From: Bacteroidaceae bacterium
Lineage (GTDB): Bacteria > Bacteroidota > Bacteroidia > Bacteroidales > Bacteroidaceae
NCBI GenBank assembly: GCA_017651315.1
Contig: JAGCDE010000056.1
Span: 49,474 to 113,473, forward strand
Direction of reading: 5' to 3'
Length of the DNA: 64,000 nucleotides
Part shown: piece after piece, positions 40,530 to 48,425 of the stretch
Numbering within the stretch: the stretch's first letter is position 1
How the letters are laid out: each line of letters begins with the position of its first letter
Position numbers and translations under genes: made by a program
Notes under the pieces: model-generated
The model's database searches: none
What the model was told of the DNA's origin: nothing
The model's input: only the letters and a program-made list of their open reading frames with translations

Positions 40530-41101
40530 TCCCCGTATTTCATTTTAATCAGCCCGAAAACGGCATAGTTTATCATGTCCATGTAGTTGGCATCGACACC
40601 TTCCGACACTAAAGTCCTGCCATTATGGCTCTCAATCTGCTTGGTCCGGTTTATCTTGGTGAGAATCAAGTCAGTATATGATGTCGTACGCATCCCGCGC
40701 CATGCCTCGTCATAGTCATGGTTCTTTCTCTTCATCAGTTCCAGGGCGGCATTCGAGTATTTGTCATACTCCCTGAGCGCCCACTCTGAATCCACATCCA
40801 CACAGTCCGAATAGCCGTGCTCAAGCTGTATCAGGGCTATGATGCCGTAATTCACTATGCCAATCAGTTCTGACCTTATCCCCTCGTCGATAAGGGAGAC
40901 TCCCTTGGTCTCTATGCTGCGGATTCTCTTGGCCTTTATGAAGATCTGGTCCGTGAGGGACTCGGGGCGCATGATTCTCCACGAGGCTCCATAGTCCTGC
41001 AGTTTCCTGACATAGAGAGCCCGGCATATTCCGATCATCTCCTCGAACTGCCTGTCCGTATCGGGTTTCTCACCCTTCCTGCTGTCACACAACTCACACA
41101 T
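40526..41101 (-). CDS. DUF1599-like protein (internally duplicated helical domain)
   Basis: 191 aa. Two homologous halves are visible: DYGASWRIMRPESLTDQIFIKAKRIRSIE and DYDEAWRGMRTTSYTDLILTKINRTKQIE. The family name is recalled, not verified. Confidence 0.5.
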   Translation of the reverse strand: MCELCDSRKGEKPDTDRQFEEMIGICRALYVRKLQDYGASWRIMRPESLTDQIFIKAKRIRSIETKGVSLIDEGIRSELIGIVNYGIIALIQLEHGYSDCVDVDSEWALREYDKYSNAALELMKRKNHDYDEAWRGMRTTSYTDLILTKINRTKQIESHNGRTLVSEGVDANYMDMINYAVFGLIKMKYGE

Positions 41102-41109
41102 ATCCCTAT

Positions 41110-41976
41110 TCAGTTTACTCTAAGCGTCTGGCCCACTCTCAGAACCGTGTTTTTCGAAATGCCGTTCAGACGGCAGATATTCGTGACCGAGGTGGAGTTC
41201 CTGCTTGCTATCCCGCTCAGGGTATCACCGCTGCGAACCTTGTAATACACCTCACGTTTGTTCTTTGTAAAAACATAACTATCAGTGACAATACAGTGAT
41301 TCGGGAAATCGAATAGGCTCTCCGGGTTGATGGCATTGCCCAGGATCCTCGTCTCGAAATGCAGATGCGAGCCTGTCGAACGGCCGGAATTGCCCCCGAG
41401 TCCGATGGGATCGCCTGCATGTACTATATCGTTCTCATCCACAAGCCTCCTGGAAAGATGACCATAGACCGTTTCAAGCCCATTGGGATGCCTGATTATG
41501 AGATAATGGCCGTATCCTCGCCTCTCGTACTTGGAAATACGGACCTTGCCGTCAAAAGCGGCGCGAATGGTGTCGCCTATCTTCACCTTCACGTCAAGTC
41601 CCATGTGCGAACGGCCGCGGCGGGGTCTGTAGCCGAACTTGTCGGTTATATAAGTACTGTCAGTAGGCAGGCAGTATCCATTCATGGAGACCACTACAGT
41701 ATCAGGAAGCACGGCACCCTCAAAGGTATGCAGATATACGTTGTTCCAGTCGGGATAGAGGTAAGCCGCAGGATTGTCCAGGTCAACGGCGGTACCAACT
41801 GAAAGATACTCAGGCACAAATACGGGGTCCATTGTCTGGACCGGTGCGGACCTGACAGGCATCTGGTCCTGTGCCGTCATAGCCGAGAGAGGCAACATGA
41901 CAGCCAGCAGCGACATTATTCCGTATTTCAGCGTTTTTGACATTCCGATATTGTTACAATCTGCAAAGTTACTCAA
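41110..41976 (-). CDS. M23 family metallopeptidase with a C-terminal LysM domain
   Basis: The M23 motifs are HMGLDVKV, GHYLIIRHPNGLETVYGHLS and GRSTGSHLHFE. The LysM domain is YYKVRSGDTLSGIASRNSTSVTNICRLNGISKNTVLRVGQTLRV. The start may be MSKTLKYG at 41943. Confidence 0.85.
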   Translation of the reverse strand: MSNFADCNNIGMSKTLKYGIMSLLAVMLPLSAMTAQDQMPVRSAPVQTMDPVFVPEYLSVGTAVDLDNPAAYLYPDWNNVYLHTFEGAVLPDTVVVSMNGYCLPTDSTYITDKFGYRPRRGRSHMGLDVKVKIGDTIRAAFDGKVRISKYERRGYGHYLIIRHPNGLETVYGHLSRRLVDENDIVHAGDPIGLGGNSGRSTGSHLHFETRILGNAINPESLFDFPNHCIVTDSYVFTKNKREVYYKVRSGDTLSGIASRNSTSVTNICRLNGISKNTVLRVGQTLRVN

Positions 41977-41979
41977 ATA

Positions 41980-44076
41980 TCATGATATGGATGACCAGTC
42001 ATACGGACTTTTCTTGAGACGTCTCAATACTTTGGCCATAAGGACGTTCTCGGGCGAAGACAGTTCCGGATCTGTGGCGACAATCTCCCTGGCAGTCTCC
42101 CTGCAATGTTCTATCAGCGCACCGTCCCTTGAAAGGTTGGCAAGCCTGAGGTCAAACGCTATGCCGCTCTGCTGCGTTCCTTCAAGGTCCCCCGGTCCCC
42201 GGAGCTTGAGGTCGGCCTCGGCTATCTCAAAGCCGTCATTCGTGGCGGTCATGATTTCAATCCGCTTACGGGTATCCTCCGAAAGCTGGTACGGTGTAAC
42301 CAGCAGGCAGTACGACTGGTCAGCGCCACGCCCCACCCTGCCCCGGAGCTGATGAAGCTGGGAGAGCCCGAAACGGTTGGCGTTCTCTATCACCATAATA
42401 CTTGCGTTAGGCACATCGACACCCACCTCTATCACCGTTGTGGCCACCATGATTTGGGTCTCGTTCCGCTTGAAACGCTGCATCTCGGCATCCTTCTCCG
42501 CCGGTTTCATACGGCCGTGCACCTTGCTCACGCTGTAAGCCGCGAACCTCTCGCAGACAGTCAGGAAGCCCTCTTCCAGATTCTTCAGGTCAATCTTCTC
42601 GCTCTCTTCAATGAGCGGATAGACTATGTACGCCTGACGGCCCTTCTTCAGCTCCCTGTCAAGGAAAGCATATATCGATGTATGATTCCCGTCATAGTAG
42701 TGTTCCGTCTGTATGGGTTTGCGGCCGGGAGGCAGCTCATCAATGACTGACACGTCCAGGTCACCGTACAGAGTCATGGCTAAGGTCCGGGGTATCGGTG
42801 TGGCCGTCATCACCAGGACATGAGGCGGCATGACGCTCTTGTTCCACAGCCTTGCCCTCTGTGCCACACCGAAACGGTGCTGCTCGTCTATCACCACAAA
42901 GCCAAGACGGTTGAACTCCACCGGATCCTCCAGGACGGCGTGTGTGCTCACCAGGATGTTCACGCTGCCGTCGGCCAGGCCTTTCAGTATGGAGGCCCGG
43001 CGCTTACCCTTGATGCTGCCAGTGAGCAGTTCCACTCTCAGTCCGAGTCCCTCCACATAACGGGATATGTTGGCGGAGTGCTGCTCGGACAGGATTTCAG
43101 TAGGCGCCATTATACAGGCCTGATAGCCGTTGTCTATGGCTATGAGCATGGTCATCAGCGCCACCATAGTCTTGCCGCTGCCCACATCGCCCTGAAGCAG
43201 ACGGTTCATCTGTCGGCCGCTTCCCATGTCGTTCCTTATCTCACGGATGACACGTTTCTGGGCTCCGGTCAGCTCAAACGGCAGTTTTTCCTTATAGAAC
43301 GTGTTGAACTTCTCCCCTATGCGTCCGAACACGAACCCCTTGAAACGGCGTTGGCGGTCACTCGCGAACCGCGCCAGGTTGAGCTGCACATAGAACAGCT
43401 CGTCAAACTTGAGCCTGAGCTGCGCCAACCTGAGTTCAAGAGGTGTCTGCGGGTTGTGTATCACCCTCAGGGCATCGGTCAACGGCATCAGCCGTTCCTT
43501 TTCACGAAGCCATTCGGGGAGGGTTTCCGGCAGGGGCTCCACAATCAGAGCCATAAGGTTCCTAACCAGCTTGCGGACGGCAGCCGAGTTCAGGCCAGCC
43601 TTCTTCATCCGTTCCGTAGTGTTGTAATAGGGTTGCATACCCATCTCCTGCAGGTTCAGGTTCGCCTCCACATCAATCTCAGGATGGGCCACGTTCACCC
43701 TTCCCCCGAAGATGGTAGGCTTGCCGAACACCACATACTCCACCCCCGGCCTGTAACGGTCAAGAGTATATTTGATACCGCTGAACCAGACTAAATCAGC
43801 AACGCCGGTTCCATCGGTGAAATGGGCCACGAGCCTCTGCCTGCGTCCCTCGCCTATCTGCTCAAAGCTCAGGATCCTGCCCTTGAGCTGAATGTAGGGC
43901 ATAGCGCCATCCACCTCATTTATCCTGAAAATGCGGCTGCGGTCTATGTATTTGTATGGAAAAAAATAAAGAAGGTCCTGAAGCGAACTGATTCCAAGCT
44001 CCCCCGACAGCAGGGCGGCCCTTGCAGGTCCCACGCCGGGAAGATACTTGACATCACGCTGGGCAAGGTCCAACAT
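41980..44076 (-). CDS. recG: ATP-dependent DNA helicase RecG
   Basis: 698 aa. It has an N-terminal wedge/OB region, Walker A LLQGDVGSGKT, the DEQH box VVIDEQHRFG, and QLHQLRGRVGRG. Confidence 0.95.
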   Translation of the reverse strand: MLDLAQRDVKYLPGVGPARAALLSGELGISSLQDLLYFFPYKYIDRSRIFRINEVDGAMPYIQLKGRILSFEQIGEGRRQRLVAHFTDGTGVADLVWFSGIKYTLDRYRPGVEYVVFGKPTIFGGRVNVAHPEIDVEANLNLQEMGMQPYYNTTERMKKAGLNSAAVRKLVRNLMALIVEPLPETLPEWLREKERLMPLTDALRVIHNPQTPLELRLAQLRLKFDELFYVQLNLARFASDRQRRFKGFVFGRIGEKFNTFYKEKLPFELTGAQKRVIREIRNDMGSGRQMNRLLQGDVGSGKTMVALMTMLIAIDNGYQACIMAPTEILSEQHSANISRYVEGLGLRVELLTGSIKGKRRASILKGLADGSVNILVSTHAVLEDPVEFNRLGFVVIDEQHRFGVAQRARLWNKSVMPPHVLVMTATPIPRTLAMTLYGDLDVSVIDELPPGRKPIQTEHYYDGNHTSIYAFLDRELKKGRQAYIVYPLIEESEKIDLKNLEEGFLTVCERFAAYSVSKVHGRMKPAEKDAEMQRFKRNETQIMVATTVIEVGVDVPNASIMVIENANRFGLSQLHQLRGRVGRGADQSYCLLVTPYQLSEDTRKRIEIMTATNDGFEIAEADLKLRGPGDLEGTQQSGIAFDLRLANLSRDGALIEHCRETAREIVATDPELSSPENVLMAKVLRRLKKSPYDWSSIS

Positions 44077-44624
44077 CAGGCACGGCCGAACATCATCTTG
44101 TCACAAACCTCCCGTACAGCCTCCTCACCACGCAACAGGCGTATTATGGCCTTGGCGAACTCCACGGCGGCGGCAGGACCGCAGGCCGTGATAAGATTCC
44201 CGTCCTTCTCCACGAACGACTCCCTGCACTCGGCACCTTTCAGCATCCCTTCGCATCCGGGATAGCAGGTAGCCCTGCGGCCTTTCAGCAGTCCGTGCTT
44301 CCCCAACACGGTAGGGGCCGCACAGATTGCCGCAACGGGAAGGTCCTTCTCCATGGCATCACGCAGCAGGGCCTCCAGCTCCTTGTGCTTGCCCAGATTC
44401 GTGGCCCCAGGCTGTCCACCGGGGAGTATCAGCATCTCGGCATCGCTGAAATCGGTGTTCTCGAACAGGTCATCGGCCTGCAATGGAATGCCCTGGGAAC
44501 TCCTGACGAGAAAATCGTCATCTATGGCTATTGTATTCACCTCGATACCTGCGCGGATAAGCATATCAAGCGGTGTTATTGTCTCTATGGCTTCGAAGCC
44601 TTCAGCGAGAAAGATATATACCAT
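44076..44624 (-). CDS. DJ-1/PfpI family protein
   Basis: 182 aa. It has MVYIFLAEGFEAIETITPLD, LILPGG, and the nucleophile-elbow Cys in PVAAICAAPTVLG. Confidence 0.85.
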   Translation of the reverse strand: MVYIFLAEGFEAIETITPLDMLIRAGIEVNTIAIDDDFLVRSSQGIPLQADDLFENTDFSDAEMLILPGGQPGATNLGKHKELEALLRDAMEKDLPVAAICAAPTVLGKHGLLKGRRATCYPGCEGMLKGAECRESFVEKDGNLITACGPAAAVEFAKAIIRLLRGEEAVREVCDKMMFGRA

Positions 44625-44660
44625 GTCTTTGAATTGATAGTTGAAAATACGATACGTCGC

Positions 44661-45419
44661 TTATTTCAGTTTGAAATAGTAGGTTATGGTACCTGTCTGG
44701 TTGTTGACACCGTTCACGGCATTGAATCTGGTCTTCAGAGCGGCCTCCTCCGCACTCTTCCTCAGCTGCAGGTTGGCGGTGTTTGTGCGGTTGTTTATCT
44801 GGGTCTTGATGACGTTGCCCTCAGGGTCAACCGTTATCGTCAGCACGACACGTCCCTCCTCCTGGATTCCATCGTATGCAGGACGGGGCAGTTCGCCCAG
44901 CATGTCACGTCCGCCAAGATCCCATGTCCCGTAGCTTCCTGTCCCCACGGTTGCCCCCTGTGTGGAGTTGCCCTTAGGAGAGCCTGGAGTTCCGGGAACA
45001 TCGTCCGGCTTGGGTTCCTCGCCGCTTGACTGCATGTTGCGGCTGTTACCGAACACATTGGCCATCAGGTTCTGGGCCTCCTCCTGCACCCTGCGCTCCT
45101 GGTCGGCCACCGATTCCTCCTCCACCTTGTCAAGCGTCACGGTCTCCTCCAGATCCTGGGTGATGGTGACATCGGCATCGGGAACTGTGGGCTGGGGCAC
45201 GCTCACGGAGGCCGGGGCGGGAAGCTCCGTTATATCCGTGAACTCATAGTCTGTGTCCAGATTGCCCATGTCGCCGAGCTCCACGGGGATGCCGCTCTCC
45301 GCCTGCAGCACAGGCTTGTTCAGATGCAGTAAGAGCAGCAGCAACACCACTCCGCCATGCAGCAGCAGCGTCCACAGCAGCGACCAGAAACTGAACTCCC
45401 TCTCCTTCTTCTTCATCAC
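44661..45419 (-). CDS. tonB: energy transducer TonB family protein
   Basis: 252 aa. It has an N-terminal TM anchor (LLWTLLLHGGVVLLLLLLHL), an acidic/Pro-containing linker, and a C-terminal TonB fold (EGRVVLTITVDPEGNVIKTQI...AEEAALKTRFN). It lies directly downstream of exbB-exbD. Confidence 0.75.
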   Translation of the reverse strand: MMKKKEREFSFWSLLWTLLLHGGVVLLLLLLHLNKPVLQAESGIPVELGDMGNLDTDYEFTDITELPAPASVSVPQPTVPDADVTITQDLEETVTLDKVEEESVADQERRVQEEAQNLMANVFGNSRNMQSSGEEPKPDDVPGTPGSPKGNSTQGATVGTGSYGTWDLGGRDMLGELPRPAYDGIQEEGRVVLTITVDPEGNVIKTQINNRTNTANLQLRKSAEEAALKTRFNAVNGVNNQTGTITYYFKLK

Positions 45420-45425
45420 TAAACT

Positions 45426-45839
45426 TTATTTGCGGTCCGGACGGCGTGTGGCAAGCACCATCCGGAACTGATTCTCATTGGCTATATTCAGCACCTTCAC
45501 AATCTCCTTGTAAGGAACGGACTCGTCGGCATAGAGGGCCACATACATGTCCGGTTCCTTGCCGGAACACTCGATAAGGAAATCCGCAAGCTCATCAAAC
45601 ATGATGGGCATCTCGTCATCATTCCCGAAAGCCGTGTAGTAGTTCAGGTCCCGGTCGATGATCACGCGTGTCAGCGGTTTGGCCGATGTCTGCTGCGAAC
45701 TCTGGGGCAGCAGCACCTTGATGGCGTTGGGGCTGACCATTGTCGATGTTATCATAAAGAATATCAGCAGCAGGAATATGATGTCGGTCATGGACGACAT
45801 GCTGAACTGCGGCGATATCCTGTTCTTGCGCTTGAGCAT
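45426..45839 (-). CDS. exbD: biopolymer transporter ExbD/TolR family
   Basis: I trimmed the start from 45908 to MLKRKNRISPQFSMSSMTDIIFLLLIFFMITS (ATG 45837-45839). The single TM segment plus periplasmic domain is typical of ExbD. Confidence 0.85.
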   Translation of the reverse strand: MLKRKNRISPQFSMSSMTDIIFLLLIFFMITSTMVSPNAIKVLLPQSSQQTSAKPLTRVIIDRDLNYYTAFGNDDEMPIMFDELADFLIECSGKEPDMYVALYADESVPYKEIVKVLNIANENQFRMVLATRRPDRK

Positions 45840-45840
45840 A

Positions 45841-46563
45841 TCACTTGCCTGAATTAACGGTAAACTCCTGAATGAAATACTCCATCTCATTGGCAATCCT
45901 GTCAACACGGGTCACCAGATAGTTGTAGGCGAAAAGGGCAATGATACCTACAATCAGACCGCCCACAGTGGTGATCATGGCCTCATATATTCCGCCCGAC
46001 AGCAGCGACACATCAATGTTGTTGCCCGCATTGGACATCTCCCAGAAGGCGCGGACCATACCTATCACCGTCCCGAGGAAACCAATCATTGGGGCGGCGC
46101 TCGCTATGGTCGCCATCCCTGACAGGCCCTTCTCAAGCCTTGAAATCTCAATGTTGGCGGCATTCTCCATACCTGCATGGATATCCTTGCTGTCCAGGCC
46201 ATAGAGGCCGATACCCTTCTCCACTATGCGGCTCAGCGGTGAATTAGTGGCCTTGCACAGTATCTGGGCCGACTTAATCTCACCGTTCTTCATGTAATCC
46301 TTGATACGGTCCAGGAACGACGGATCCTTGACAGTAACTTTCCTATAGACTGCAATCCTGTTGAAAAAGATATAGAAACAGATGAGCGACAGTATCAGGA
46401 GGACTATCATGATCCATCCTCCCTTGGTAGCCATCTCAAACAGATTCATACGGTTTGCACTCTCTTCGGCCATCTGGATCGCCATCTGGCCATCAGCGGC
46501 AACATTGTCTCCAAGAGCCTGTGCCAGCGATGTGGTTTGTAAAAACATATTCATATAATGCAT
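45841..46563 (-). CDS. exbB: MotA/TolQ/ExbB proton channel family protein
   Basis: 240 aa with three TM segments. [20 protein letters not shown] and [18 protein letters not shown] are conserved ExbB/TolQ motifs. Confidence 0.85.
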   Translation of the reverse strand: MHYMNMFLQTTSLAQALGDNVAADGQMAIQMAEESANRMNLFEMATKGGWIMIVLLILSLICFYIFFNRIAVYRKVTVKDPSFLDRIKDYMKNGEIKSAQILCKATNSPLSRIVEKGIGLYGLDSKDIHAGMENAANIEISRLEKGLSGMATIASAAPMIGFLGTVIGMVRAFWEMSNAGNNIDVSLLSGGIYEAMITTVGGLIVGIIALFAYNYLVTRVDRIANEMEYFIQEFTVNSGK

Positions 46564-47267
46564 TTCTTGTATTCAGTTATTGTCTTTTCAAGTCCGAGAT
46601 AGAGGGCGTCGCACACTAAGGCGTGACCGATGGAAACCTCATCGAGCCACGGGATGCACCTCTTGAGGTAAGCCAGGTTCACAAGGCTCAGGTCATGCCC
46701 TGCATTCAGTCCCATCCCAAGTGACTTCACCGCTGCCGCTGCCTCCACAAACGGCCTGACAGCCTTTTCGGGTCCCAAATTGACATAATCCGACGCGTAT
46801 GGCTCAGTGTAGAGCTCCACACGGTCGGCCCCTGCCTTAGCTGCCGCTTCGACCATACGGAGGTCGGCATTGGTGAAGACCGATGCACGTATGCCATTCT
46901 CCTTCAGTCCGGTTATTATCTCTGTGAGGAAACCTACATTGGACACAGTGTCCCAACCGTGGTTGGAAGTGACCTGCTCGGGAGCATCGGGAACCAGTGT
47001 CACCTGTGCCGGCCTGATTTCGGTGACAAGCTGCATGAAGTCGGCCGACGGAAACCCCTCGATATTGAATTCGGTGGTGAGGACCTGTTTCAGGTCATAC
47101 ACATCCTTACGCTTTATGTGGCGCTCGTCCGGCCTGGGATGCACAGTAATGCCGTCCGCGCCGAACCTTTCGCAGTCAAGAGCCACCTTGACCACATCCG
47201 GGTTATTGCCTCCGCGTGCGTTGCGCAGAGTGGCTATCTTGTTGATGTTTACACTTAATCTTGTCAT
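46551..47267 (-). CDS. pdxJ: pyridoxine 5-prime-phosphate synthase
   Basis: 238 aa. It has [37 protein letters not shown] and NAGHDL. Confidence 0.95.
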   Translation of the reverse strand: MTRLSVNINKIATLRNARGGNNPDVVKVALDCERFGADGITVHPRPDERHIKRKDVYDLKQVLTTEFNIEGFPSADFMQLVTEIRPAQVTLVPDAPEQVTSNHGWDTVSNVGFLTEIITGLKENGIRASVFTNADLRMVEAAAKAGADRVELYTEPYASDYVNLGPEKAVRPFVEAAAAVKSLGMGLNAGHDLSLVNLAYLKRCIPWLDEVSIGHALVCDALYLGLEKTITEYKKCII

Positions 47268-47294
47268 AAGTCCTTTTACTCAAATAAAATGAAC

Positions 47295-47302
47295 TATCTT
47301 TG
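47295..47302 (+). promoter_or_regulatory. candidate -7 promoter element (TATCTTTG) for nadK
   Basis: The plus strand reads TATCTTTG 86 nt upstream of the nadK ATG. It is the left arm of a perfect 9-bp inverted repeat, TATCTTTGC (47295-47303) / GCAAAGATA (47341-47349). Confidence 0.35.
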
Positions 47303-47341
47303 CCGGAAAGCGGAGATTTCAGTATTCCATGCTTCAATCAG

Positions 47342-47349
47342 CAAAGATA
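47342..47349 (-). promoter_or_regulatory. candidate -7 promoter element (TATCTTTG) for pdxJ
   Basis: The minus strand reads TATCTTTG 74 nt upstream of the pdxJ ATG (47267). It is the right arm of the same 9-bp inverted repeat. Confidence 0.35.
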
Positions 47350-47388
47350 GAAATAAATCCGCTCACCTTTGCTTAAAAGATTATAAAG

Positions 47389-48261
47389 ATGAAAATCGCG
47401 ATATTCGGCAACCCTTTGGCGGACAAGACCTGCGGTCACGAGCAGAAGCTCTTCAGCCTGCTGCGATCCTTAGGCGACGAGATAGCCGTTGAAAGCCGCT
47501 ACTACCGGTTCCTCACAAAGGACATGGGCTGGGATATACCATACGACAGCGTTATTGAAGGCGATGATTTCCAGGCCGATGCAGTGATAAGCATAGGCGG
47601 TGACGGCACTTTCCTGCGCACCGCCACCCGTGTGGGGAGCAAGGGCATCCCCATGGTGGGTGTCAACACCGGCCGCTTAGGTTTCCTCGCCGACATAACG
47701 ACCGACCGCATAACCGATGCCATAACGCGCATCCATAACGGCGACTACACACTCGAGGAACGCAATCTGCTCCAGATAAGCATGGAGGGTCTGCCGCAAG
47801 GCCACACCCCCTACGCCCTGAACGACATAGCCATCCTCAAGCATGACATCTCGTCCATGATACAGGTGGCCACCAGCGTGGGCGGCACCCCCATGATCAC
47901 CTACCAGGCCGACGGCTTGGTAGTGGCCACGCCCACAGGCTCCACCGCCTACTCGCTCAGCGTGGGCGGTCCGATCATCGCGCCGGGAACCAGTGTGATA
48001 TGCCTCACCCCCGTCGCCCCGCACAGCCTCACCATGCGCCCGCTGGTCCTTCCCGCCGGCGAGACCATCCATCTTGACGTAAGCAGCCGCAGCCACAGTT
48101 TCTTAGTATCCATCGACGGCAACAGCTTCAGCTGCCCGGAGCACACGGCCATTGAGATAAGCCGGGCCCCCTTCAGGATAAACGTGATAAAACCCGCAAA
48201 AGGCGATTTCTTCGCCACCCTCCGCGAGAAAATGTTCTGGGGAACCGACTCCCGGAAATAA
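47389..48261 (+). CDS. nadK: NAD(+) kinase
   Basis: 290 aa. It has VISIGGDGTFL, VNTGRLGFL, and ADGLVVATPTGSTAYSLSVGGPI. Confidence 0.9.
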   Translation: MKIAIFGNPLADKTCGHEQKLFSLLRSLGDEIAVESRYYRFLTKDMGWDIPYDSVIEGDDFQADAVISIGGDGTFLRTATRVGSKGIPMVGVNTGRLGFLADITTDRITDAITRIHNGDYTLEERNLLQISMEGLPQGHTPYALNDIAILKHDISSMIQVATSVGGTPMITYQADGLVVATPTGSTAYSLSVGGPIIAPGTSVICLTPVAPHSLTMRPLVLPAGETIHLDVSSRSHSFLVSIDGNSFSCPEHTAIEISRAPFRINVIKPAKGDFFATLREKMFWGTDSRK

Positions 48262-48310
48262 CCGACAGTCGTCAAACGCAACAACGAGACTGTCCTACTA
48301 TATTGAAGGG

Positions 48311-48386
48311 CAGCCGCAGAACTGTCTGATGCCGCAGGGTGGCTTTGGTATTGCCACCCCGCCTGCATCAGGCAGCCCTGCGGCTG
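48311..48386. repeat. 76-nt nested imperfect palindrome in the convergent nadK / BACON-gene spacer (possible bidirectional terminator or structured RNA)
   Basis: The outer 9-bp stem CAGCCGCAG (48311-48319) / CTGCGGCTG (48378-48386) is perfect. The middle stem is CTGATGC / GCATCAG. The inner stem is GGGTGGC-TTTGGTATT-GCCACCC. No U-tract follows on either strand. Confidence 0.45.
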
Positions 48387-48425
48387 AATGCTTGCTCTTG
48401 AGGCCAGTGGGCGGAAGGACAAATC

